This document shows positions 23,826-32,000 of a DNA stretch of 32,000 nucleotides, piece by piece. This stretch comes from Candidatus Woesearchaeota archaeon (GTDB taxonomy: Archaea > Nanobdellota > Nanobdellia > Woesearchaeales > JACJVW01): assembly GCA_046496745.1 (NCBI GenBank), contig JAWOGQ010000090.1, positions 7,861-39,860 of the forward strand. The letters are read 5' to 3'. The notes beneath the pieces are model-generated. The model was not told where the DNA came from. It saw only the letters and a program-made list of their open reading frames with translations, and searched no databases. Each line of letters opens with the position of its first letter. Positions within the stretch are counted from its first letter, which is position 1. Both the position numbers and the translations under genes were made by a program.

Positions 23826-23827
23826 AG
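23811..23827 (+). promoter_or_regulatory. BRE/TATA promoter for elp3, overlapping the ATPase stop codon
   Basis: CGAAAAGATATTTAAAG, with the TATA centre ~27 nt upstream of ATG 23849. The ATPase TAA stop (23823-23825) lies inside the TATA element. Confidence 0.45.
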
Positions 23828-23848
23828 AGGCCCTGGTTCTATCGTCTT

Positions 23849-25474
23849 ATGTATCCAAAAGAGTTCATAGATGAGTTGAGGGCCAATTATGATCTTTCTC
23901 CAAGGGATTTCATGAAACTCAAGACAAGGCTTTGCCGTAAGTACAAGGTGTCCAAGATACCTACAAATATAGAGATATTCCTGCATTCTGATGATACTAA
24001 TGCGCTCGTGACAAAACCAACCCGTAGTCTTAGCGGAGTATGTGTCGTAGCTGTGATGAGCAAGCCTTATCCATGCCCTCATGGAAAGTGTTCAATCTGC
24101 CCGGGTGGACCTGACTCTTTTTTTGGTGATGTCCCGCAAAGCTATACTGGAAAGGAGCCTGCTACTCGAAGGGCTATCAGGAATGAATATGATGGCTACC
24201 TGCAGGTCATGAACAGGCTTGAGCAGTACGTGGTAACAGGGCATGTGCCTGAGAAGATAGAACTTATAGTCATGGGCGGGACATTCCCTTCTTTTCCAAA
24301 AGCATACAGGGATACATTCATAAGGGATTGCCTGATGGCAATGAATGATTTCTCAAGCAAGTTCTTAGGGGAGATGAAAAGGTTCAAGTCATTCTTTGAA
24401 TTGCCAGGGGACCTTTCTGATATGGAAAGGGAGAAAAGGGTCTTGCAGAAGCTTAAGAGGATGAAGAGGAAAAGCACCCTGGAGGCTGAGCAGAGGCGGA
24501 ATGAGCGCTCAAGGGTCAGGTGCGTTTCTCTTGTGCTTGAGACAAGGCCAGATTATGCGAAGAAAAAGCATGCCCTTGATATGCTGAGGCTTGGCTGCAC
24601 CAAGGTTGAGGTTGGGGTGCAGGCTGTATCTGATGATGTCCTTGAGGGAATCGAAAGGGGCCATACAGTGCAGGACTCGATTGATGCGACGCGTATCCTC
24701 AAGGATCTCGGGTTCAAGGTGACGTATCACATGATGATTGGCCTTAAGGGGGCAGATGATCTTGATATGTTCTCCAGAATATTTAATGATGAATCTTTCA
24801 AGCCTGACATGCTCAAGATATATCCATGCATGGTCCTGAAAGGGACTAAGCTTTATGATGAGTGGAAACAGGGACGCTTCAAGCCAATCACGACTAAAGA
24901 GGCAAAGGTTGTCCTAAAATCAATAAAGGAGATGGTCCCTCCCTATGTTCGCATAAACCGGATACAAAGGGATATACCAACCTACATGACAGAGGCAGGG
25001 GTTGACATGACAAACCTGCGCCAGCAGGTGCTTGAGGAATTGCATGCTGAAGGAAAGGAATGCAATTGCATAAGATGCCGGGAGGTAGGACGTAAAGGGG
25101 ATTCTGGTACGACACATATCAAGATATATTCATACAGCGCTTCAGGTGGAGATGAATTCTTTATCTCTGCTGAAAACAATGGTCTCTTGGGTTTTTGCAG
25201 GATGCGGTTTCCTTCAGCGTCAGTCACCCGTGAGATAACTGAGGATTCTGCAGTAATCCGTGAGCTTCATGTGTATGGGACTGCGCTTGGTATCGGTAAG
25301 AAGGGTAAATCCCAGCATTCAGGATGGGGGAAGAAACTCCTTGAAAAGGCAGAGGAGATAGCACTTCAAAATAACAGGCGTAAGATTGTCATAATCAGCG
25401 GTATAGGTGTAAGACCATACTACAGAAAATTCGGGTACAGGAAGCAAGGGCCTTACATGGTAAAAAGGAGATAA
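23849..25474 (+). CDS. elp3: Elp3-type tRNA uridine(34) modification enzyme (radical SAM + GNAT acetyltransferase domains)
   Basis: It has GVCVVAVMSKPYPCPHGKCSICPGG (Elp3 radical-SAM cluster region). The C-terminal GNAT region (IRELHVYG...HSGWGKKLLEKAE) and length (541 aa) are typical of archaeal Elp3. Confidence 0.9.
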   Translation: MYPKEFIDELRANYDLSPRDFMKLKTRLCRKYKVSKIPTNIEIFLHSDDTNALVTKPTRSLSGVCVVAVMSKPYPCPHGKCSICPGGPDSFFGDVPQSYTGKEPATRRAIRNEYDGYLQVMNRLEQYVVTGHVPEKIELIVMGGTFPSFPKAYRDTFIRDCLMAMNDFSSKFLGEMKRFKSFFELPGDLSDMEREKRVLQKLKRMKRKSTLEAEQRRNERSRVRCVSLVLETRPDYAKKKHALDMLRLGCTKVEVGVQAVSDDVLEGIERGHTVQDSIDATRILKDLGFKVTYHMMIGLKGADDLDMFSRIFNDESFKPDMLKIYPCMVLKGTKLYDEWKQGRFKPITTKEAKVVLKSIKEMVPPYVRINRIQRDIPTYMTEAGVDMTNLRQQVLEELHAEGKECNCIRCREVGRKGDSGTTHIKIYSYSASGGDEFFISAENNGLLGFCRMRFPSASVTREITEDSAVIRELHVYGTALGIGKKGKSQHSGWGKKLLEKAEEIALQNNRRKIVIISGIGVRPYYRKFGYRKQGPYMVKRR

Positions 25475-25476
25475 GG

Positions 25477-26391
25477 ATGTTCAAGAAAAAATTCGTGGAA
25501 AGATACAGCCAGCTTACTGATTTTGAGGCTTTCTCAGCAGCATCAATGAAATATCCCCGGAAATCTATCCGGGTGAATACTCTGAAGATACCAGTCCCTT
25601 CTCTTGTGAAAAGGCTGGAAAAAGAATGGACTCTTGAGCAGGTTCCCTGGTGTGAGGAGGGGTTCTGGCTTGAGCATTATAAGGGACGAAGGGATGTAGG
25701 GAATCTGATTGAACATACGTTAGGCTACATCTATATCCAGGATGCAGCTTCGATGATCCCGCCAATTGTACTTGATGCAAAGCCAGGTGATTATGTCCTT
25801 GACATGTGCGCAAGCCCTGGCTCTAAGAGCTCGCAGATTGCAGCACAGCTGGGAAAGGAGGGATTTTTGGTTGCAAACGACTATAAGGGTATACGTCTTG
25901 CACCATTGGGGCTGAACCTGCAGAGGGTAGGAGCATATAATGTCCTGATCACACTCTCTGAGGGCGGATTCTTTAAGGATGTGCTATTCGATAAGATCCT
26001 TGTTGATGCTCCCTGCTCCGGGACAGGCACAATAAGGAAGTCACAGAAGACAATCCAGATGTGGAACCCTAATGTCATCAAGCGTCTGGCAGGGACACAG
26101 CGGCAGTTGATAACAACTGCTTTCAGGTGTCTCAAGCCAGGGGGAACCTTGGTCTATTCGACTTGCTCATGCGAGCCTGAAGAGAATGAGGGCGTCATTA
26201 CGCACTTGCTCGAGACTTTTGAGGATGCTGATGTAATGGATGTTGATTTACCTATGAAGAGGTCTGAGCCGGTGCAGGAGTTCAATGGAAAGCGATATAG
26301 TCCGGAAGTGAAAAAGACAATACGTATATGGCCTCAGGATAATGATACTGAAGGATTTTTTGTTGCAAAGATAAGAAAATCAGGTTCTTAG
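25477..26391 (+). CDS. NOL1/NOP2/Sun-family RNA (cytosine-C5) methyltransferase
   Basis: SAM motif DMCASPGSKSSQIA. Catalytic motif IV is DAPCSGTGTIRK and motif VI is YSTCSCEPEENE. Confidence 0.9.
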   Translation: MFKKKFVERYSQLTDFEAFSAASMKYPRKSIRVNTLKIPVPSLVKRLEKEWTLEQVPWCEEGFWLEHYKGRRDVGNLIEHTLGYIYIQDAASMIPPIVLDAKPGDYVLDMCASPGSKSSQIAAQLGKEGFLVANDYKGIRLAPLGLNLQRVGAYNVLITLSEGGFFKDVLFDKILVDAPCSGTGTIRKSQKTIQMWNPNVIKRLAGTQRQLITTAFRCLKPGGTLVYSTCSCEPEENEGVITHLLETFEDADVMDVDLPMKRSEPVQEFNGKRYSPEVKKTIRIWPQDNDTEGFFVAKIRKSGS

Positions 26392-26414
26392 TTCTATTTC
26401 TTTTTTGTAAAGAC

Positions 26415-26561
26415 GAGTTTTTCGAATAATTCCGGCATCGACTTCGGCTTGAATTCCTTTTTAGAAAGAGGTGACATCCCCGTAAGGGACCTCCCCCTGT
26501 CACCTTATATAGGGATAACTGATTGCCCTTCATAATAATGATGCATTTCTTCGAAAAACTC
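26415..26561. mobile_element. MITE-like 147-bp non-coding insertion
   Basis: Perfect 12-bp terminal inverted repeats are present: GAGTTTTTCGAA (26415-26426) and TTCGAAAAACTC (26550-26561). They are flanked immediately by a 9-bp direct repeat, TGTAAAGAC (26406-26414 and 26562-26570), which looks like a target-site duplication. The interior has no ORF. It contains an 8-bp-stem hairpin, AGGTGACA (26469-26476) pairing with TGTCACCT (26498-26505). Confidence 0.5.
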
Positions 26562-26620
26562 TGTAAAGACGCTAAATTTATAAATCAACTAATCTGTGAT
26601 TTTTAGAAAAGGAGGATTTT

Positions 26621-27814
26621 ATGGATAGTCTTATAGTAATAGTCACCCTCTGCCTTACCTTGTCTCTGTTTTTCTCTGAGCTTTGCTACCGTCTGGGTTA
26701 TCCACGTATCCTGGGGCCAATGATAACAGGGATCTTCCTCGGGTTCCAGCCTTTCAAAGATTTCATTGAACCTTTCACAGAACAGATATCTTTTCTTTCT
26801 GAACTTGCAATCGTATTCTTGCTCTTGCTTGCGGGGCTTGAGATCAATATAAGAAAACTTCAGAAGACAAGCAAGGATGCGGTCCTCATCGCTTTCTTTT
26901 CAGCTCTCATACCTTTTGTATTAGGGTTTTCTATAACTAAACTGCTTTATAGTTTTGGAATACTGACAACACTTGCGGATCAGAGCAATATAGTTGCAGC
27001 AGTTGTAGGAGCCTGCCTTTCACTCACTGCTGAAGGTACTTCGCTTGCCATGCTTATCGAGATGAAGGCACTCAATACACGCGTTGGTGCGCTTGTACTT
27101 GGGGCCGGGATATTGGATGATGTATTTGAGATAACTTTTCTTTCTGCATTGCTTGTTTTCGTGAGCAATTCCCGGAGCATGATAGAGCTTCCAATACTGG
27201 TTTTCATGTTTGTTGTCTGCATAATACTCATCTGGAAGGTGGTTCCAGGACTCATAAAGTTTATCCAGAAAGAAGATTCAAGGATAACCACTGTATCGAC
27301 CATAATAGTCATAACCCTCATAATCGCTTCATTGTCATCGTTATTTGGGTTGAGCCCAATAATAGGTGCTTTTATCGGAGGTCTCATAATACAGGTATCA
27401 AACAAGGACAAGGAAGATGAGCGGATGGATATCGAAGAACTCAAGACATTGAGTTTCAGTCTTATAGTCCCTTTCTTCTTTATCAATATCGGCCTTAACT
27501 TTGATGTGGCAAGTATATTTGCTCATCCCCTGGTTGTCTTTGTGATCGTTATTGCAGGTTTTGCAAGCAAACTTATCGGCTCAATAATCGTCACGCCTAT
27601 CACGAGTCTCACATTGAAGCAGACTTATCTTATAGGATGGGCAATGAATTCAAGGGGGGCTATGGAGCTTGTCATTCTCGAGCTTGCGCGGCAGAATAAT
27701 CTGGTGACACCTGAAGTATACTCCGCGGTTGTTGTCATGGCGATACTTACTACCCTGGTCTTTCCGATAATGTTTAGCAGAATAGTGAAAAAAGATAAGA
27801 GTATCCTTAATTGA
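26621..27814 (+). CDS. cation:proton antiporter (CPA2 / Na+/H+ exchanger family)
   Basis: A ~12-TM profile and an N-terminus (LFFSELCYRLGYPRILGPMITGIFLG) typical of Na_H_Exchanger/Kef-type proteins. AAGGAGG lies 8 nt upstream of the ATG. Confidence 0.8.
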   Translation: MDSLIVIVTLCLTLSLFFSELCYRLGYPRILGPMITGIFLGFQPFKDFIEPFTEQISFLSELAIVFLLLLAGLEINIRKLQKTSKDAVLIAFFSALIPFVLGFSITKLLYSFGILTTLADQSNIVAAVVGACLSLTAEGTSLAMLIEMKALNTRVGALVLGAGILDDVFEITFLSALLVFVSNSRSMIELPILVFMFVVCIILIWKVVPGLIKFIQKEDSRITTVSTIIVITLIIASLSSLFGLSPIIGAFIGGLIIQVSNKDKEDERMDIEELKTLSFSLIVPFFFINIGLNFDVASIFAHPLVVFVIVIAGFASKLIGSIIVTPITSLTLKQTYLIGWAMNSRGAMELVILELARQNNLVTPEVYSAVVVMAILTTLVFPIMFSRIVKKDKSILN

Positions 27815-29075
27815 TCAGTTCAAGAAAATGCGTGGAGCAACTGATGCATGGGTCATAGGCCCGGACAAGCTTTTCCGCTTCATCAAGGATCTTCTTCTCT
27901 GATTTTGTCTTTTTCATTAACTGCGGAAGCAACTCTTTTATGTCCTCTTCTATGCTCTTGAGATTCTGGGTAGTTGGTGCGATTATGTTTGCGTTCCTGA
28001 TCATGCCTTTACTGTCAATCTCGTATTCATGGAACAGAAGTCCGCGGGGGGCTTCGATTGCTGCGAAACCTGTGCCTTCCTTGAATTTCTCTTTTGGTTT
28101 CTCATCTTTTAGTTTGAGCTGGTTGAGGATAGAGACAGACCTGTCATAGAAGTCTATGAGCTCGAATGCCTGGGCTGCGTTATTGTGGAATGGATTGTTG
28201 CTTGGAAACTTTATCTTGGATTGGTTGATCATGCGCTTTGCATTACGTGAAAGCAGGGTCTTGTTCAGGTTGATCCTTGCAAGAGCACCTACCATGAAAT
28301 CCTGGTCTTTAAGTGTGACACATTTGGTGTTTGAGTAGTTGACAACCTGTTCTTTTATGTGCTTGTGATAATTCTTCACTGTTGTGGATAGACCGTCAGA
28401 AACCAGCTTTCCTTTGAGATAGTTCAGCTTGGTGTCCCTTAGCGCGAGATACTGGGTCTTACGCTCGAACTTTGGATACTTGAGTTTGGAGAAAAGTTTT
28501 GCTGTCTCCTCGAAATCTGTCTTGTGTTCCTTGAATCCTGCAAGAAGCTCTTTTAGGTCTTCTTGTGATGGAAGCCGGCTGAAGCCTCCGATTGTCGGGG
28601 TTATGCTGTGTATCTCCCTTCCTCCGATGGTTGTCACAACCTGGTTTGCGAATCTTTTGAGGCGCAGGGCGCGCTCTACTGCTTTCTTGTGTTTTTTGAC
28701 CATCTGTAGGGCATTATCATAGCCCAGGTATTCAGGCAATGCCAGGAAATAGAGATGGAGAACATGGCTTTGTATCAGGGATGCAAGCATCATCAATTCC
28801 CTCAACTGCTGGCTTTGGGGGCTGATGCGTAGTTTCATGGCATCTTCGATTGCGTACAATGCGCACAGAAGGTGGCTCTGGCTGCAGATGCCGCATATAC
28901 GTGAGGTTATATCAGGGACTTCACTGTAATGCCTTCCCTTGACAAGGGACTCGAAGTATCTTGCTCCTTCGAATATCTCCATCTGGACACATTCGACTTC
29001 TCCCTTGTCTATGTTCACATAGAGCTTGCCGTGGCCTTCGACTTTTGTGATGTGGTCAATCTTGAGCTCTTTCAT
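27807..29075 (-). CDS. hydA: [NiFe]-hydrogenase large (alpha) subunit, group 3b/sulfhydrogenase-like
   Basis: N-terminal Ni-binding RICGICSQSH and C-terminal DPCISCSTH. The length (422 aa) and operon context match group 3b. An ATGA overlap links it to the small-subunit gene. Confidence 0.9.
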   Translation of the reverse strand: MKELKIDHITKVEGHGKLYVNIDKGEVECVQMEIFEGARYFESLVKGRHYSEVPDITSRICGICSQSHLLCALYAIEDAMKLRISPQSQQLRELMMLASLIQSHVLHLYFLALPEYLGYDNALQMVKKHKKAVERALRLKRFANQVVTTIGGREIHSITPTIGGFSRLPSQEDLKELLAGFKEHKTDFEETAKLFSKLKYPKFERKTQYLALRDTKLNYLKGKLVSDGLSTTVKNYHKHIKEQVVNYSNTKCVTLKDQDFMVGALARINLNKTLLSRNAKRMINQSKIKFPSNNPFHNNAAQAFELIDFYDRSVSILNQLKLKDEKPKEKFKEGTGFAAIEAPRGLLFHEYEIDSKGMIRNANIIAPTTQNLKSIEEDIKELLPQLMKKTKSEKKILDEAEKLVRAYDPCISCSTHFLELIN

Positions 29076-29806
29076 TTCATCTTTTCCTCTACGTATTTTT
29101 TGAATACATGCTGGATCTCTTTCTTTGAGATGTTCTTCTTTTCCATCAGTTTGATGAAAGCTTCCAGGCGTGTATCATCATGAAGCCCTCTGCATGCAAC
29201 GCATGGCTGGCCCTGGGAAGGGCAAGGTGCATTGCACCCCATATAGGCAAGTGGGCCAAGGCATAATTTGCCCTGTTCAATGAGACAAGGATTCTCTTTT
29301 AGCCTGCATTCCGTGCAGACAGGGTAGGGCCTCTGGTAAGGCTCTTTTTCGTTGAGGAGGCTTAACACGAGTTCGGTGAACTCTTCCTTGACCATTGGGC
29401 AGCCTCTCAGGTAATAATCCACGTGGACGTATTTGTCTATGGGTTGTGCCTGCTGGGACAGGTGATGGCGTTTCTTTCCATAAACATCAAGGCGAAGCTT
29501 TTCCCTGCTGGTCTCGTTTTTCATTGCAGGGATTCCACCGGTGCATGCGCATGAGCCCATGGCTACCATCACTCCTGACATCTCCCTTAGCTTATTGAGC
29601 TTTTCCACTTGCTTTTTTGTTGTTATGGCGCCTTCGATAAAGGCTATATCAACGGGCTCTTCCTTGTTTTTTGCCTGTATCAGGTGAAAATAACGTATGT
29701 CAAATTTTGAGAGGATATCTACCAGTGCATCTTCAAGGTTCAGGATCGCGATCTGGCATCCTGAGCAGGAAGTGAATGAATAGACTCCGATCTTTTTTTT
29801 GCTCAT
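29072..29806 (-). CDS. hydD: [NiFe]-hydrogenase small (delta) subunit
   Basis: MSKKKIGVYSFTSCSGCQIAILN plus GSCACTGGIP and C-terminal Cys clusters. I chose ATG 29806, which forms an ATGA overlap with the gamma-subunit stop. The track's 29905 start adds 33 non-homologous residues inside the upstream gene. Confidence 0.85.
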   Translation of the reverse strand: MSKKKIGVYSFTSCSGCQIAILNLEDALVDILSKFDIRYFHLIQAKNKEEPVDIAFIEGAITTKKQVEKLNKLREMSGVMVAMGSCACTGGIPAMKNETSREKLRLDVYGKKRHHLSQQAQPIDKYVHVDYYLRGCPMVKEEFTELVLSLLNEKEPYQRPYPVCTECRLKENPCLIEQGKLCLGPLAYMGCNAPCPSQGQPCVACRGLHDDTRLEAFIKLMEKKNISKKEIQHVFKKYVEEKMK

Positions 29807-30570
29807 TCCTTTATCCCCTCGATGGTCTTGTAATTGAATACCGGCCCGTCCTTGCAGACGTAATAAGGGCCTATCTGGCAGTGCCCGCATTTGCCTTCTC
29901 CGCATTTCATATCCCTTTCAAGGGAAATCCATATCTGTTCTTTTGTGAATCCTTTCTCCAGGAGATATTTTATCACGAATTTTATCATTATAGGCGGGCC
30001 GCAGGTAAGCACATTTGCTTGTGTGTCAAGTTTTGACTTTGCCAGAAGGTCGGTTATGACTCCTACATTACCTTTCCAGGTTTTGGTTCTCTTATCTACG
30101 GTTATATTCGCGTCAAGCCTGCTTAGTTCTCTTTTGAAGAGCATATCTTCTTTTGTCCTGAACCCGAAAAACATCTCTGTATTCAGGAACTTATCCTTGT
30201 GCTTCTCGATATAATGGATGATCCCTCTTAGTGGGGCTACGCCTGTGCCACCACCTATTATTATAAGAGGCTTGTACTCAAATTCAGTCATGGGGTAGCC
30301 ATTTCCATAAGGGCCACGGATGCCGATCTTATCCTTTTCTTTGAGTTCAAATATCTTGCTTGTGACTGTGCCAACTTTTCTTATGCAAAGGTCCATGTAT
30401 GTATGATCATAGGAACTGATTGAGATAGGGCATTCACCAATCCCTAAGACGGAGACTTCAACAAACTGTCCGGGCATGTGGTCTGACTTGTACTTGACCC
30501 TGAAAGTGCGGGTATCATCAGTCTCTTTTGTGACCTTCTCGATCTGTACCATCTGTGGCTTATTTGTCAT
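29803..30570 (-). CDS. hydG: hydrogenase gamma subunit (FNR-like FAD/NAD(P)-binding, C-terminal 2Fe-2S)
   Basis: It has an RTFRVKY...PGQFVEV...PISISS flavin-binding barrel and a GGGTGVAPL nucleotide-binding motif. The C-terminus carries CGEGKCGHCQ...CKDGPVF. I prefer ATG 30570 over the track's TTG 30579. Confidence 0.85.
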   Translation of the reverse strand: MTNKPQMVQIEKVTKETDDTRTFRVKYKSDHMPGQFVEVSVLGIGECPISISSYDHTYMDLCIRKVGTVTSKIFELKEKDKIGIRGPYGNGYPMTEFEYKPLIIIGGGTGVAPLRGIIHYIEKHKDKFLNTEMFFGFRTKEDMLFKRELSRLDANITVDKRTKTWKGNVGVITDLLAKSKLDTQANVLTCGPPIMIKFVIKYLLEKGFTKEQIWISLERDMKCGEGKCGHCQIGPYYVCKDGPVFNYKTIEGIKE

Positions 30571-31522
30571 TTTTTCCAAGATTATCTATAATTTTTAGCA
30601 TGTCAATCCCTGCGGGGCATACATTGATGCACCGGCCGCATCCAACACAAAGATGCCTGCCCTGGCGTTCCTTGAAATACTTTAGCTTGTGGAGTATGCG
30701 GTGACGAAAGCGGTTTATCTTGTTCTCCCTGAAGACGAATCCTCCTGCAACCTTAGTGAAGTCTTTCATATGGCAGTAATCCCAGTATCTTACCCGGTCA
30801 CCGCTTTTCTCGTCCACGTTCAATTCATCGCGGATGTCAAAGCACATGCAGGTTGGGCATACTGAGATACAGGCATTGCAGTTGAGACATTTTTCAGCTG
30901 CTTTTTCCCATTCAGGGTCATCCATATGGGTCTCGAGCCTGTCAAGGTTCTCTGCCTTGCGCTCGCATTCGAATACGATACGCCCGTCGCGGATTATCGG
31001 GGCAAAGCGCTTGTTCTTGACAAGTTCCCTTCCTTTTTTTGTTCCGGGTATGAGGATGTACTGGTTGCCGATATCTATGAAAAGGACATCATATACCAGG
31101 GGGTCAAGAGTACCAACAGAGCTGCAGAAGCAGTTCTTTCCTGGTTGCTTGCACTTGAAAACAAAGAGATATGTGTTTTCCCTCCTTCTCCTGTACATCT
31201 CATCCGGATTCTCATCCAGATATATCCGGTCTATGTTCAGCAATGCGTTGGCATCACAAGGACGCATGCACAGGATACGTTCGGGGATTTCAGGCTCTTC
31301 CTTTACTGGTTTGCCGTTCTTGAAACTGAATAGTTTTTCCTTATTTGGAAGGATATATTTCTTGAAAGAAAATGTGGTCTGCTCATCAAGGTAGATATCT
31401 TCAAAGGAGGATATCGGATTGAAAGCGACGGTATCGTTTTTGACTGGGGCTATGACCTCATATTTCCTGATAAGCTGGCTGAAGTGGTTGTTCAGGTCAT
31501 TCTTTTTGGCCAGTAGGTTCAT
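30560..31522 (-). CDS. hydB: hydrogenase beta subunit (4Fe-4S ferredoxin-type, AsrA/HydB-like)
   Basis: CLNCNACISVCPTCMC and CVGCGRCINVCPAG are 4Fe-4S motifs. It is the first gene of the B-G-D-A order known from Pyrococcus sulfhydrogenase. Confidence 0.8.
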   Translation of the reverse strand: MNLLAKKNDLNNHFSQLIRKYEVIAPVKNDTVAFNPISSFEDIYLDEQTTFSFKKYILPNKEKLFSFKNGKPVKEEPEIPERILCMRPCDANALLNIDRIYLDENPDEMYRRRRENTYLFVFKCKQPGKNCFCSSVGTLDPLVYDVLFIDIGNQYILIPGTKKGRELVKNKRFAPIIRDGRIVFECERKAENLDRLETHMDDPEWEKAAEKCLNCNACISVCPTCMCFDIRDELNVDEKSGDRVRYWDYCHMKDFTKVAGGFVFRENKINRFRHRILHKLKYFKERQGRHLCVGCGRCINVCPAGIDMLKIIDNLGKNDK

Positions 31523-31655
31523 GTAAAAAATACTTGATATTTGTAGTTTATAAAATTTATCTCAAAGTGGTATATTTAAACGCCTGCAGGTATAGTTTTA
31601 TGGATACTGGTAGTTATCTGTTAATTTTTTAAAGCTTTGGTTCTTCTTTTTTCGG

Positions 31656-32000
31656 ATGATTCAGAAGCTAAAGGATATATCCCGTGTGACAGAGGAGATT
31701 GATGTACTGAAAAAGCGTGTCAGGGACACATCAGATGCTGTTGCGACTTTGAAGGAGGATGTTGCAGGCCTGAGGGAAGAAGTATCAGGTTTAAGCTCTT
31801 TATTGAAGGAGCAGAATGAAGCTGTTGCTTCTCTTAAGTATGGTGCTGATAAGCATAAGGAGATATGTGATGGGCTCTTGCAGGAGCGATATGAGTTCAA
31901 GAAACTTCGCGGCTATCTGCAGAAGACGATCCTTGATGAGTTTGATGTGCAGCTGCGTTCAGGGATGAAGAATTTTGAGGAGATAAGAAGCCAGGAATTC
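31656..32000 (+). CDS. coiled-coil protein, 3'-truncated by the window edge
   Basis: ATG 31656 opens a frame that runs to base 32000 with no stop. It shows heptad-like, charged sequence (EEIDVLKKRVRDTSDAVATLKEDVAGLREEVSGL...). The track's only ORF here (31661-31900, minus) is a Ser-rich antisense shadow. Confidence 0.55.
   Translation, partial: MIQKLKDISRVTEEIDVLKKRVRDTSDAVATLKEDVAGLREEVSGLSSLLKEQNEAVASLKYGADKHKEICDGLLQERYEFKKLRGYLQKTILDEFDVQLRSGMKNFEEIRSQEF

Noticed and set aside
26282-26533. 83-aa minus-strand ORF overlapping the methyltransferase 3' end and the intergenic region
   Set aside because: It is basic, low-complexity sequence that overlaps a strongly supported gene by ~110 nt and runs through the MITE-like element.
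26535-26600. Possible box C/D sRNA (ATGATGC at 26538 as C box, CTGTGA at 26593 as D box)
   Set aside because: Both boxes deviate from RUGAUGA/CUGA. I found no internal D'/C' pair, no terminal stem and no k-turn-compatible arrangement.
26980-27486. 168-aa minus-strand ORF inside the antiporter gene
   Set aside because: It is an antisense shadow of a 12-TM transporter gene, Ser/Ile-rich, with no motifs.
29807-29905. 33-codon N-terminal extension of the hydrogenase small subunit (track start 29905)
   Set aside because: The extension (MRRRQMRALPDRPLL...) lies entirely inside the gamma-subunit gene. The homologous N-terminus MSKKKIGVYSFTSCSGC starts at ATG 29806, which forms an ATGA overlap.
30834-31394. 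Plus-strand ORFs 30834..31394 and 30926..31333
   Set aside because: They are antisense to hydB, which carries two clear 4Fe-4S Cys motifs. These are shadow ORFs.
31661-31900. 79-aa minus-strand ORF in the track
   Set aside because: It is a Ser-rich, low-complexity antisense of a plus-strand frame. That plus-strand frame is open from ATG 31656 to the window end and has a coiled-coil character.

Overview
This is an AT-rich chromosomal segment from an archaeon. The archaeal assignment rests on an archaeal-type ribosomal protein L11, Spt5 (NGN+KOW), SecE/Sec61-gamma, DtdA-type D-aminoacyl-tRNA deacylase, Elp3, a long FKBP, and the ftsZ-secE-spt5-rpl11 cluster. A recurrent GAAAG-N-TTTA(T/A)A(T/A)A BRE/TATA element also sits about 26 nt upstream of many start codons, which implies leaderless mRNAs. 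I call about 34 protein genes. These include argS, a CNNM/CorC transporter, a GH15 glycosidase, a radical-SAM/dtdA pair, an Elp3/RNA m5C-methyltransferase pair, a CPA2 antiporter and a four-gene group-3b (sulfhydrogenase-like) [NiFe]-hydrogenase operon, hydBGDA. I found no rRNA, tRNA or CRISPR array. The clear outlier is a two-gene operon at 2210-6956. It encodes an 828-aa protein of unknown family, translationally coupled to a 757-aa protein whose C-terminal ~440 aa form a complete bacterial sigma-70 architecture (regions 1.2, spacer, 2, 3, 4). That sigma part is fused to a novel ~320-aa N-terminal extension. The two proteins share short repeated modules. An archaeon has no bacterial core RNA polymerase, so this pair is my best candidate for an undescribed system. 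Secondary oddities:
- a P-type ATPase with nearly all catalytic and ion-site signatures mutated
- a 147-bp MITE-like insertion with perfect 12-bp terminal inverted repeats and a 9-bp target-site duplication
- a ~300-bp extremely AT-rich repeat tract
- a degenerate ureohydrolase-fold protein
- an acidic N-terminal extension on Spt5
All homology statements come from by-eye motif recognition; no searches were run.
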